64,000 nucleotides of DNA from an uncultured Poribacteria bacterium. Lineage in GTDB: Bacteria > Poribacteria > WGA-4E > WGA-3G. Position 1 is the stretch's first letter. Each line of letters begins with the position of its first letter. The stretch is taken from contig CATQHZ020000001.1 of NCBI GenBank assembly GCA_958296135.2, forward strand, positions 3,232,001 to 3,296,000, in the 5' to 3' direction. The notes beneath the pieces were generated by a model, which worked only from the letters and a program-made list of their open reading frames with translations, was not told the origin of the DNA and ran no database searches. The position numbers were made by a program, and so were the translations under genes. Below, in pieces: positions 20,629-29,795 of this stretch.

Positions 20629-21588
20629 CTACCGGCACATGGCGAATGCAAGCATCGCTGCACCGACGATGCCTGCCCTGTTGCCGAGGTGTGCTGGCAC
20701 AATCTTCATCATCGCCGGGATGTCCATCGCGCGGTTGACGAATGTTGCCCGGATAGGTTCAAAAAGCAATCTCTCGCCTGCTTCAGCGATGCCGCCACCA
20801 ATAATCGCAACTTCAGGGTTCAGAATGTGCGCGATAGAGGTGAGAGCAATACCGATATACCGGCCCGTTTCAGCGAAAATTTCGAGGGCGAGGCTGTCAC
20901 CGGCATGAGCCGCCCCAGCTATCCGTTTCGGTGTGAGAGATGCATCAGGAACCAAATTGGTGTTTCTGCCATCCGCTATTTTCTCCAGCACCCGTTCAAC
21001 GATATTTTTTGCACCCGCGTAAGCCTCCAGACAGCCTTGGTTGCCACAGCCGCAGTAACGTCCGTTCGGTTCAACGACGGTGTGCCCAAGTTCCCCAGCG
21101 GTATTTCGGCTCCCGTGGTAAACCTGTCCATCAATGACAACGCCGCCGCCAACCCCGGTGCCGAGTGTGAGCGCGACGATATTCTGGTAACCAATGCCAG
21201 CACCGTGGCGGAATTCGCCTAATGTCATTGCGTTCACATCGTTGTCCATGAAGACCGGAAGAGAACGAGGCCCCAATCCCATTTTGACGTAATCCACGAG
21301 AGGGATATCTGTCCAGCCGGGGAAGTTCGGCGAAAAGTGGACGACACCGGTATCCGCGAGGATTAACCCCGGCGCGCCGAGTCCTATTCCGATGATAGCG
21401 GTAACGCGTTGATGCTCTGCTTGGGCAAGCACCTCTCGAACTGTTTCCACAATCCGCGACGCAACAGCCCTCGGCCCCGCACTCACATGGGTAGGCCGCA
21501 CCACTTGGCACGAAATATCACCTATTGCTGAGACAAGTCCGGCTTTGATGGCTGTTCCGCCAAGGTCGATGCCGATGCTATGTTTCAT
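20629..21588 (-). CDS. ROK family sugar kinase (glucokinase-like)
   Basis: IGIDLGGT, NDVNA, TLGTGVGGG, GELGH, CGCGNQGCLEAY. Confidence 0.93.
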   Translation of the reverse strand: MKHSIGIDLGGTAIKAGLVSAIGDISCQVVRPTHVSAGPRAVASRIVETVREVLAQAEHQRVTAIIGIGLGAPGLILADTGVVHFSPNFPGWTDIPLVDYVKMGLGPRSLPVFMDNDVNAMTLGEFRHGAGIGYQNIVALTLGTGVGGGVVIDGQVYHGSRNTAGELGHTVVEPNGRYCGCGNQGCLEAYAGAKNIVERVLEKIADGRNTNLVPDASLTPKRIAGAAHAGDSLALEIFAETGRYIGIALTSIAHILNPEVAIIGGGIAEAGERLLFEPIRATFVNRAMDIPAMMKIVPAHLGNRAGIVGAAMLAFAMCR

Positions 21589-22775
21589 GAGACTTTTTGG
21601 ACGCTTGCCCCATCACCCACAGTGCACAAGTAGATTTCAGGTTCAATGCCCGCCTGTTGGACGTATTCCCTCATGATGCGCGTGCGTAAGGTTTCCACCG
21701 CGTCCCGATGTGCGAGCGTGACGGTGCATCCGCCGAACCCCGCGCCTGTCATCCGCGTGCCGAGGACACCCGCGATGCCTCCCGCAATCTCCGTGAGCAA
21801 ATCCAATTCTTTGCAACTCACTTTGTAATCGTCGCGTAACCCGCGATGCGAGGCATTCATTAGATTTCCAAACGCAGGCAAGTCGCCCGCTTTCAGCTCA
21901 TCAATTGCCTGTTGCACGCGCGCGTTCTCTTCAAGCACGTACCGACATCTTTTTTGTGTCAATTCGGGCAGCTCTCCTTCATAATTTTTAAAATCGGTTA
22001 AGTTTACATCCCGAAGTGATGAAATGTCGGGAAACCATCTTTTGAGGATGCCCACCCCTTTTTCGCATTCGGCGCGCCGTTTGTTATATTCGGAAGCCGC
22101 GAGTTCCCGTTTCACCTTCGTATTGCAAATCACGATGACATGTTCCCCTAAATTGAGCGGAACGTGTGTGTGTGCCAATGAACGGCAATCGAGGAACAAC
22201 CCGTGGTCCGCCCGTCCAAAGAGGGAAATAGTCTGATCCATGATGCCACACTTCACGCCGATAAATTCGTGTTCGACGCGTTGACACAGTGTTGCAAGCC
22301 CCTTTTTGTCCATTTCTAAACCATTTGCGGTTAAAAATGCAAGTGCCGAGGAAACAGTCAGCGCGGCGGAGGAACTCAACCCGGCACCTATTGGGACATC
22401 TCCGGTGATGATGGCATCCATCCCGCATAACGTTTTGTCAGAGCGTTGTAGGAGTGTCGCCACGCCGACGAGATATTTACTCCACGTGGGAGCGGAAACC
22501 CACTTTTCGTCGCAGAGCATTGCGAGACTGAATTCATACCGGGCATCAACATCTAAGGCATGCAGAGTGACCTGTCTATCCTTGCGCGGCCGCGCGACGA
22601 TGTGAACATACTTATCGATTGCAACGGGAAACACATAGCCGTCGTTGTAATCTGTATGCTCGCCGATGAGGTTCACCCTACCGGGGGCAGATACGATGAA
22701 TTCAGGGGCTCCGCCGAAGAAGTTTTCGTATGTTCTGTCGTTCGCAAAGCGTTCGGAGGCGTGGGTTAGTGTCAT
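21585..22775 (-). CDS. galK: Galactokinase
   Basis: APGRVNLIGEHTDYN, PIGAGLSSSAA, CGIMDQ, RMTGAGFGGC. Confidence 0.97.
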   Translation of the reverse strand: MTLTHASERFANDRTYENFFGGAPEFIVSAPGRVNLIGEHTDYNDGYVFPVAIDKYVHIVARPRKDRQVTLHALDVDARYEFSLAMLCDEKWVSAPTWSKYLVGVATLLQRSDKTLCGMDAIITGDVPIGAGLSSSAALTVSSALAFLTANGLEMDKKGLATLCQRVEHEFIGVKCGIMDQTISLFGRADHGLFLDCRSLAHTHVPLNLGEHVIVICNTKVKRELAASEYNKRRAECEKGVGILKRWFPDISSLRDVNLTDFKNYEGELPELTQKRCRYVLEENARVQQAIDELKAGDLPAFGNLMNASHRGLRDDYKVSCKELDLLTEIAGGIAGVLGTRMTGAGFGGCTVTLAHRDAVETLRTRIMREYVQQAGIEPEIYLCTVGDGASVQKVS

Positions 22776-22833
22776 GTCGTACCTTTACGTAGAGCCGCCC
22801 TCGCCGTTGGCGATGTCTACGTTTTTGTGGTTA
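22731..22833 (-). repeat. 5'-leader element copy overlapping the galK start
   Basis: Matches the consensus hairpin GTCTTCGCC-gtt-GGCGAAGAC plus the TGTTCGCAAGGCGTTC block. Confidence 0.75.
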
Positions 22834-22969
22834 TTCTAGGTTATACCTTCCTTACGTTCCTTCTCTCCTTCTCTATAGAGGGAGCTATAGAAATCCGCTC
22901 CTATAAACATTGCACGCCTTAGCGGCGTTTTAAAGGAATGGCACTTTCCGCTCTTACGTTCCTTGGCGG

Positions 22970-23743
22970 TTACTGAAAAAACTTGAGGAGTTTCCCCAAG
23001 ACGCTGGGAAGCTCGCCCCGTGAAACATAACAATCCACGCTGATGTCGGATGCTGGACCGTTTTCTGACGTTTGCGCCAAGTGTTGTTCTTCAGGCGCGT
23101 GTAAAGCGGGTTGGAGCGTTGTGGCTCTTTTTCCGATTCGCGAGTGCTCAGCGATAACCAGTTCTCCGACAGGAAAATGCGTTGTGAGCGGCCCCACGTC
23201 TGTTTCTGTTAGCACGGTAATGTGCGGCAGCGATACCGCCGCGAGCCGCTCCATTTCCGCCGCCACGTATGCAGTTGCCGCAAATCCAAGCGGTAACTCT
23301 TGTGGTGCAGCGGGAATAGGCTTCCTTTGATTTGAAAACCTGTCTGTGGCGTACTTTGCACTGACGACGGTAATGAGCGGTAGCCCTTCCTTCACAGCGG
23401 TATCAGTGGCCGTTAAGAGTGCATCAAAGTGAACCCGCGTCGGTATCACATCAGAGCTCGCAATGAACAGACTGACCGGGTATCCAGCGAGAGTACCAGT
23501 GAGCGTTACCGCTGTATCGCCCATCGTAAACGCTGCATCCGTAGCGTCAAGCAAGTGTTGGCACCGTTTTTCAACGGAGAGCGGGAACAGGTGTCCGCAG
23601 TAGGCACAGACGTAGAAGTTGCGTTCAAGTTCGCCTCTGAAAACGAATTCGCTGCAGGCGGCGCACTTATGCCATAAACTGATGCTCTGTTCGGTTCTTT
23701 CGTCGTTCGCGAGGCGTTCGATAAAGGTAGTTGGTGCCATCAT
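22970..23743 (-). CDS. Degenerate AccD-like protein (zinc finger retained)
   Basis: LWHKCAACSEFVFRGELERNFYVCAYCGH matches the AccD zinc ribbon; GGSMG and SGGARMQEG are absent. Confidence 0.7.
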   Translation of the reverse strand: MMAPTTFIERLANDERTEQSISLWHKCAACSEFVFRGELERNFYVCAYCGHLFPLSVEKRCQHLLDATDAAFTMGDTAVTLTGTLAGYPVSLFIASSDVIPTRVHFDALLTATDTAVKEGLPLITVVSAKYATDRFSNQRKPIPAAPQELPLGFAATAYVAAEMERLAAVSLPHITVLTETDVGPLTTHFPVGELVIAEHSRIGKRATTLQPALHAPEEQHLAQTSENGPASDISVDCYVSRGELPSVLGKLLKFFQ

Positions 23744-23796
23744 ATCTCTCTGCGTAAGCCATCTTCGCCGTTGGCGAGGACTACGTTGTCGATGCT
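23694..23796 (-). repeat. 5'-leader element copy overlapping the AccD-like start
   Basis: CGTAAGCCATCTTCGCCGTTGGCGAGGACTACG; encodes MMAPTTFIERLAND. Confidence 0.75.
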
Positions 23797-23861
23797 AGAT
23801 TGATCGGCCACCGAGAGTCGCGCCGGGGGATAGGGGACGTGCTTCCATGCTCAGAAACCTC

Positions 23862-24206
23862 CTATAGAAAACTGGCTATCGCCTCCGCTTCGGTATCGTA
23901 CCGGTCGAAGATTGTCACCAGTTTTGCCATCACGATGAGGCTTCTGATGTTGCCGCCGAGGTTGAGCAGCACGATGCGTCCCTCATTCCGCTTGATAGTG
24001 GAATAGGAGGCAACGAGGATACCCAACCCGGAACTATCCATCATCTGGACACGTGCCATGTTCAGAATCAGATTGAGTTTGCCCTCCGGTGCAGTCTCAA
24101 GCTGTTTGTCGATGACCTTTTTCAGTGCCAGGGTGTCTGTCCCGATGATTTTCCCTTCAATATCTAAAATCGTCACGCTCCCTTTGTGGCGAATGTTGAC
24201 TTGCAT
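23862..24206 (-). CDS. STAS anti-sigma-factor antagonist (RsbV/SpoIIAA-like)
   Basis: MDSSGLGIL phosphorylation motif, 114 aa. Confidence 0.92.
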   Translation of the reverse strand: MQVNIRHKGSVTILDIEGKIIGTDTLALKKVIDKQLETAPEGKLNLILNMARVQMMDSSGLGILVASYSTIKRNEGRIVLLNLGGNIRSLIVMAKLVTIFDRYDTEAEAIASFL

Positions 24207-24278
24207 AGCGTCCTCCCTTCATGAGCGATCCGAGAAAGCCGTTCTCCCCACAGCGTCGGGTGGGGGAGACCTGTGCAT

Positions 24279-24710
24279 CTACCGGATTTCCTCAGGATCT
24301 GGTGTTTCCTTGTATTTCACCATTTTGATAATGGTGCCTTTGGCTTCAAAGTCCACTGAATCCATGCACTCCTCCATGAGGAAAATGCCTCTGCCGCTGC
24401 TTTTGAGCAAGTTGGCCGGGTCGAGCGGGTCGGCGACATCTTCGCGCGTGAATCCGGGGCCCTGGTCTTGGATGATAATCGTCAGTTTTTCCTCAGAGAG
24501 AATGAACTGAAAATCGGCTCGTTTGCCCAGGTCTTCTTTATTGCCGTGCTTGATTGCGTTTGTGCCCGCTTCAATGACAGCAAGATTCACCTGCATCTGG
24601 AGTTCTTCAGCGAAATTCATCTCGCGAAGAATCTCGGTGATGACAACATCCAGCAGGGAAACATGTTGCATTGAGCTTGGGAGAGAAAGGGTGATAACCT
24701 GCTCGCCCAC
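24279..24710 (-). CDS. Anti-sigma factor Ser kinase (RsbW-like)
   Basis: EAGTNAIKHGN, DQGPGF, SGRGIFLM (HATPase_c_2). Confidence 0.92.
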   Translation of the reverse strand: MGEQVITLSLPSSMQHVSLLDVVITEILREMNFAEELQMQVNLAVIEAGTNAIKHGNKEDLGKRADFQFILSEEKLTIIIQDQGPGFTREDVADPLDPANLLKSSGRGIFLMEECMDSVDFEAKGTIIKMVKYKETPDPEEIR

Positions 24711-24780
24711 GTTTCAGCTCCTTTTTTGGTTCAGCCTCATCAGATTTCTGAGGCAATGCTAAATGAAGTAACAGACATGC

Positions 24781-24862
24781 AAGTCTTGACAACGTCAAGA
24801 CGGCCTGATAAGTCAACGTCAGCTGCCGAGCAGCAGCTGAACAACCGCTAGGAATAACAAAA
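24781..24862. repeat. ~85-nt two-hairpin dispersed element
   Basis: Reverse-complement homolog at 33822-33906 and a partial copy at ~26190-26260, all sharing AACmACCGCTAGGAAy. Confidence 0.7.
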
Positions 24863-26110
24863 ATGCTTGATGACAACTAAGGCGCGGTCATCGCTCGGTT
24901 GCGTGCTACCGCTAAACCGCGCCAGGTCATTTTTAACAAGCTCACAGAACGCCGTGGATGTGAGTGTCCCACTGGCAGCGTGGTGTGCGAGACATGCGGC
25001 AAGCCGTTCTTCGCCGTAGAATACATTTGGCTGCCCCTCCGTCTCGGTGATGCCATCGGTATAGGAGACGAGAATATCGCCAGGGGCAAGGGTGCAGGTT
25101 TTCGTCGTAAACGTTGCTTCCTCAAAAGCCCCCACCAACATCCCGCATGTCTCTAAGAAATCAATTTTTCGCGTGTGATGCTTATAGTGCAATGGATAGC
25201 AATGCCCGCCGTTGGTATACGTGAAAGTTGAAGCCTCTGTATCCAATACGCCGTAAATCATCGTGGCAAAGAGTTCGACATCCGTGTCGCGCACGAGTAA
25301 GTCATTAATCCTTTTGAGAACCGATGCTGGCTCTCTGTAGGGATAGGCGGAAACCGTCAGGGCTTGCTCTTGACTGAGCGTCTCGTCACAGAGCAACCGT
25401 AACGCGGTGCGAATCATTACCATCACGAGTGCTGCCGGAATCCCACTCCCCTTAACGTCACCGATGACAATGCCGATGTGTTTCTCACTGAGTGGGATAA
25501 AATCGTAAAAATCGCCAGAGACAGAGGTTGAACTTTGCAATAACGTCGCGATATCAAACCCCGGTGGACTCGGTGCCTTCTCCGGTAACAATTTCCGCTG
25601 AATTGCTGCAGCCGCCTCAAGGTGTCCCGCGAGTTTTTCAACGCCTTCTTCACTGAACCCGTCGCCCATCGCCTGCATGAGCGGATTGATGTATTTTATG
25701 GGACGGGTTCTTCCCAAGACTGTCTCAACCCGTGCGGTAACTTCCCGCAAATCGAACGGTTTCGTGATATAGTCGTCGGCACCTGTATCCAGGCCGCGCA
25801 ATTTATCTTCTGTTTGCCCGCGCGCCGTGAGCAGAATGACAGGAACCGTTTTCGTCCGCTCGTCCTCCCGGAGTTCTCTGAGGACTTGGAAGCCGTCTTT
25901 ATGCGGCATCATGACATCGAGAAGAACCAGATCTGGGACGTTTGCCTGCGCACGCCGCACACCGCTAGTCCCATCGTTAGCCGTGCGCACGTTAAAGCCA
26001 TCGGATTCCAAACTTATCTTGAGCAGTTCAACGATATCAATATCGTCGTCTATAACCAAAATCGTTTCTGCTGTTGTTCGCAATACGTTCGGAGACGTTG
26101 GTTGGTGCAT
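24848..26110 (-). CDS. Response regulator-PP2C (SpoIIE/RsbU-type) phosphatase fusion
   Basis: REC domain (VIDDD, LLDVMMP, DDYITKPF) plus SGDFYDF, GDVKGSG, YTDGITE, DD; start at ATG 26110. Confidence 0.93.
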   Translation of the reverse strand: MHQPTSPNVLRTTAETILVIDDDIDIVELLKISLESDGFNVRTANDGTSGVRRAQANVPDLVLLDVMMPHKDGFQVLRELREDERTKTVPVILLTARGQTEDKLRGLDTGADDYITKPFDLREVTARVETVLGRTRPIKYINPLMQAMGDGFSEEGVEKLAGHLEAAAAIQRKLLPEKAPSPPGFDIATLLQSSTSVSGDFYDFIPLSEKHIGIVIGDVKGSGIPAALVMVMIRTALRLLCDETLSQEQALTVSAYPYREPASVLKRINDLLVRDTDVELFATMIYGVLDTEASTFTYTNGGHCYPLHYKHHTRKIDFLETCGMLVGAFEEATFTTKTCTLAPGDILVSYTDGITETEGQPNVFYGEERLAACLAHHAASGTLTSTAFCELVKNDLARFSGSTQPSDDRALVVIKHFCYS

Positions 26111-26168
26111 CGCCGTTCCTTTACGTAATCTGTCTTCGCCGTTGGAGAAGACTACATTTTTGGTGCTA
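26066..26168 (-). repeat. 5'-leader element copy overlapping the PP2C gene start
   Basis: TGTTGTTCGCAATACGTTCGG...TTTACGTAATCTGTCTTCGCCGTTGGAGAAGACTAC. Confidence 0.75.
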
Positions 26169-26307
26169 CGTTTTATTTTACCAAGGCATGCAAGAAAAGA
26201 CAAGGTTTTTACGGACAACCTGATCAGAAGCAGCCAAACCACCGCTAGGAACGACGAAAGTTGTCAAGTTGGGTTCAGGCGATACCAACCCATAGTTTTC
26301 GTGGTGA

Positions 26308-28683
26308 TTAGGCGAACGGGATAAAGAACTGGAAATTGCTGCCCTGTCCATTATCGCCCGCGTCCACCCATAATTTTCCGTGGTGCGCCTCAACTATCGC
26401 GGCTGCAATGCCGAGCCCTAACCCTGTCCCCCCTTGCTGCCGGGTTTGGACATTTCCGAGTTGGTGGAATCTGTCAAACACCTTTGCCCGTTCCTCCGGC
26501 GGAATGCCGGGGCCGGTGTCAATAATTTCCACATGCAGTCGGGGTGAGCCCTCTGTTGCATCCATGGCTGATATTTTGACGGTTATCCTACCTTGATACG
26601 GCGTAAATTTGATAGCATTGCCGATGAGGTTGATAAACACTTGTCCAATCCGGTCTGCGTCGCCAATCATCATTGGCAGATTGCGTTGCACTTTCAGAAA
26701 CAGCGTGATTGCCTTTTCATCGGCTTGCGGCCGAAGTTCCTCGATACGCTGTTTCGCGATTTGCGCGACGTGAATCTGCTCCTGCTTCATCTCAATGCGT
26801 CCCGCTTCAATGCGCGAAACGTCAAGGAGCTCATTAATGAGCGCGGCGAGCCGTTTTGATTGACGATGTGCGCGGCTCAGGCTCTCATACTGCTTTTCGT
26901 TAATCGCACCCGTCTTTCCATCAAGGATGAGCGAAATAAATCCGATGATAGAGGTAAGCGGTGTGCGCAGTTCATGCGAGACAAGGGAGACGAACTCCGA
27001 CTTCATCCTATCGATTTCATATTCATGTGTGATGTCATCAAAAACATACACGGTGCCGGCTACGTTGTGGCTCTCATCAGAAAATTGACTTGCCACGATG
27101 CGGAGGATTCGGCTTTCATTCACTTTGGCGATGACAGTCTGGTGCTGCGTCGCCTCCCGCTGCGCTGCGGATAGCACGTTGAAATCCGCCGTGAGCGTGA
27201 TGGGTGGCTGCGTCGATGTTGATTGTTTCCGCCAATACATCTTGCCGGTGTCTGTGTCTACCGATGCGAAATTTTCATAGTCGCGCGTGTCGCCGAGATT
27301 AAACAGCATTTCCGCAACCGGATTGACATACAACACGCGTTCGTTTTCGTCAACAACAATCAGTCCTTCGCCGAGGTTCTCAACAATCGCTGTGAGTTTC
27401 TTTTGCTCTCTCGTGAGTTCTTCAACGGCAGTTTTCAGGTTTTGCCGCATGTCGTTGAATTCTTCAACAAGGATACCGACTTCGGTGTCAGAGTCGACAG
27501 CTGTATCAGAAGCGCGTTGCAAGTTGCGCGCGACATCTCCTTCAAATTCGCCATGCCCGATACTATGTGCGGCATGCGCGATTTGCATGATGGGTTTCGT
27601 AATCCGCTGCGCAACCCACCATGCAATAAAGATAACGATAACCGCAGACACAAGCGTCAGATAAAAAATATATCTGTTCAGTCTTTCTACTGCGGCATAA
27701 GCGGCTGCGACAGGACGTGAGACGAAAACCATCCAGTTGCTAAAATTTTGTTGCGCCTTCCACGGTGCAGAAGGTGCAGGTTGTGTTCTGGCCCATCCGT
27801 AGACGCGCTTCTCTCCAAAGTTATCGTCTTCTCCTTCTGATTCATACCCGTAATACTTTCCGATGTCGCCTCTTTTTGCCTCTACGATTGCAGCAGTGGC
27901 GGCATCGCTCATCTCGTAACCGCCGCGTGCGTATCCGCTCCCCGGCGAGGCGGCGATAATCGTGCCAGAGCCGGTTGTCAAAAAGGTGTACGTCTCTTCG
28001 GTATCCGGTCGCGATTCCACCAGATTCGTCAATTCCGGTAGCAATAACTCGGTTTTCAGCACACCGACAACTATCTTCCCGTTTCTGATTGGCAGTGCCA
28101 TCTGTAGGACATGCACGTCTCGCGCGTCATCATAAGTGACATCGGCGACGAGAGGGTAACCGATGCCATTGTTGTAGGCATTTTGCCACCAGTCTTCGTT
28201 GTTGACGCGATGTGGCATCCGTTTTTTCGTGTCGTAATCCACCCCCGGGTCGTTTGAGCGCAGCACGTATCCGGCTGCGTTCGTAATCGTTACCTCACTG
28301 CCATAACCTGCGTACGCCTCAAGCAGTCGGATGCTATCTTCTAAGCGCGCCCACACTGTCAAAAAGACTACCTGTTTTCTATTCGCAGTGTTGGAGCGGA
28401 TGACAGCTGCCGTGAGATTCGGTAGTTCGCCGTGGATATTTGCCATCTTCTCGGCGATAGCAAGATCTGCGCGGTAGAGTTTCTCTTCTGCTAATAGCAC
28501 GAGGCTGTCGCCAACGCTGCCTTTCAAGGCGTTCTCACCGAGCACTTTGATAGTGAGTGAGACAGCGAACAGGGGCATCAGTGAAACGAATAGGAACAGG
28601 ATAATCTGCTGTCCGCGTAAGCCTATTTTAAACGGTGAGCGTTTCGCCGATTGTTCGCCTTTCATAGCCCACCTCGCGCCCAT
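26308..28683 (-). CDS. Sensor histidine kinase (Cache-like, HAMP, PAS, HisKA, HATPase)
   Basis: Two TMs, VSHELRTPLTSI, NLIGNAIKFT, DTGPGI, GGTGLGL. Confidence 0.93.
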   Translation of the reverse strand: MGARWAMKGEQSAKRSPFKIGLRGQQIILFLFVSLMPLFAVSLTIKVLGENALKGSVGDSLVLLAEEKLYRADLAIAEKMANIHGELPNLTAAVIRSNTANRKQVVFLTVWARLEDSIRLLEAYAGYGSEVTITNAAGYVLRSNDPGVDYDTKKRMPHRVNNEDWWQNAYNNGIGYPLVADVTYDDARDVHVLQMALPIRNGKIVVGVLKTELLLPELTNLVESRPDTEETYTFLTTGSGTIIAASPGSGYARGGYEMSDAATAAIVEAKRGDIGKYYGYESEGEDDNFGEKRVYGWARTQPAPSAPWKAQQNFSNWMVFVSRPVAAAYAAVERLNRYIFYLTLVSAVIVIFIAWWVAQRITKPIMQIAHAAHSIGHGEFEGDVARNLQRASDTAVDSDTEVGILVEEFNDMRQNLKTAVEELTREQKKLTAIVENLGEGLIVVDENERVLYVNPVAEMLFNLGDTRDYENFASVDTDTGKMYWRKQSTSTQPPITLTADFNVLSAAQREATQHQTVIAKVNESRILRIVASQFSDESHNVAGTVYVFDDITHEYEIDRMKSEFVSLVSHELRTPLTSIIGFISLILDGKTGAINEKQYESLSRAHRQSKRLAALINELLDVSRIEAGRIEMKQEQIHVAQIAKQRIEELRPQADEKAITLFLKVQRNLPMMIGDADRIGQVFINLIGNAIKFTPYQGRITVKISAMDATEGSPRLHVEIIDTGPGIPPEERAKVFDRFHQLGNVQTRQQGGTGLGLGIAAAIVEAHHGKLWVDAGDNGQGSNFQFFIPFA

Positions 28684-28689
28684 TGCGCG

Positions 28690-29028
28690 TTAGGAAAAAG
28701 CGGAAATCGCGCTTTCCTCTGTATCGTAGATTTCAAGGACAGACGCGAGGTGTGTCACCTCCAAGATGTCCCGAACCGCCTGCTGTGGGTTGAGCAAAAC
28801 GAGTTTCCCACCGGATTTTTGGAAGCCCTGAAGGGTCAGAATAATGGCACCGAGGGCACTGCTATCAATCAGCGGGACATTCATGAGCTCAACGACGAGG
28901 TTTCTGTTCCCTTTTGCCAACTGTCGTTCCATCGCTTCCTGAAAGGTATCCGCGGTGCTGCCGATGATTTTCCCCTCAATGTGAAGGATAGAGACATTTT
29001 GCGCACGCGTTGTTGTATCAAAATTCAT
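28690..29028 (-). CDS. STAS anti-sigma-factor antagonist
   Basis: IDSSALGAI motif; paralog of 23862-24206. Confidence 0.9.
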   Translation of the reverse strand: MNFDTTTRAQNVSILHIEGKIIGSTADTFQEAMERQLAKGNRNLVVELMNVPLIDSSALGAIILTLQGFQKSGGKLVLLNPQQAVRDILEVTHLASVLEIYDTEESAISAFS

Positions 29029-29058
29029 AGCGTTTTTTTCACACTCCTCTCTTCAGAA

Positions 29059-29733
29059 TTATGCCGCGCTCAGACGGCTCACGACAATATAACTGCGCAG
29101 GGATGATGCGTTTGTATCTTGACCGGAAAAAACAGCTTCCACTGCGCCGCCGAGCGCGTTTAGCCTCTTTTGACTGTCCCGAATTTCTGCATGGGTATCC
29201 TCACCGGACTTGTAAGCCACCCACTTACCGTTCGGTTTTAGCAGCGGCACGCAGTATGCCGCGGATTCAGTGAGTGAGGCGACGTAACGCGTCACAACCC
29301 AATCATAGGCACCGGTGTGTGCCGGTTGTCGCGCGCAGTCTTCTGCGCGTGATGCCAAGACGAGCGTCCCATCTAATCGCAATTGCGCAATGAGAAATTT
29401 GAGGAAACTTACCTTCTTCTGTGACGCTTCAACGAGGGTTAACCGGATGTCGGGGACGTAGATTTTAAGCACAATCCCCGGAAACCCCGCGCCTGTGCCG
29501 ATATCAATGACAGCGTCATCGGCGTTCAGGGTGATATGGTTTAGCACCCTGAGCGAGTCAAGAAAGTGTTTCTCCAGTATTTCCTCATCTTCAGTGATAG
29601 CGGTGAGGTTCATTGCCGCGTTCCACCGACGCAATTCGGCGCGATACCGCGTGAGTTGTTCTACCTGCCGCGCGCCTAGGGGAAACTGGTTTCGTCTGAA
29701 CGTCTGTTTTAACTGTTCCGCGAATAGGGACAT
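29059..29733 (-). CDS. rsmG: 16S rRNA m7G527 methyltransferase
   Basis: WNAAMNLTAI, HFLDSL, DIGTGAGFPG; follows mnmG. Confidence 0.96.
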   Translation of the reverse strand: MSLFAEQLKQTFRRNQFPLGARQVEQLTRYRAELRRWNAAMNLTAITEDEEILEKHFLDSLRVLNHITLNADDAVIDIGTGAGFPGIVLKIYVPDIRLTLVEASQKKVSFLKFLIAQLRLDGTLVLASRAEDCARQPAHTGAYDWVVTRYVASLTESAAYCVPLLKPNGKWVAYKSGEDTHAEIRDSQKRLNALGGAVEAVFSGQDTNASSLRSYIVVSRLSAA

Positions 29734-29795
29734 CTATTAACATTTTGGCGGACCGATATAGAAATCCGCCCTTACACGCAAGGGAACTTTCCTTT

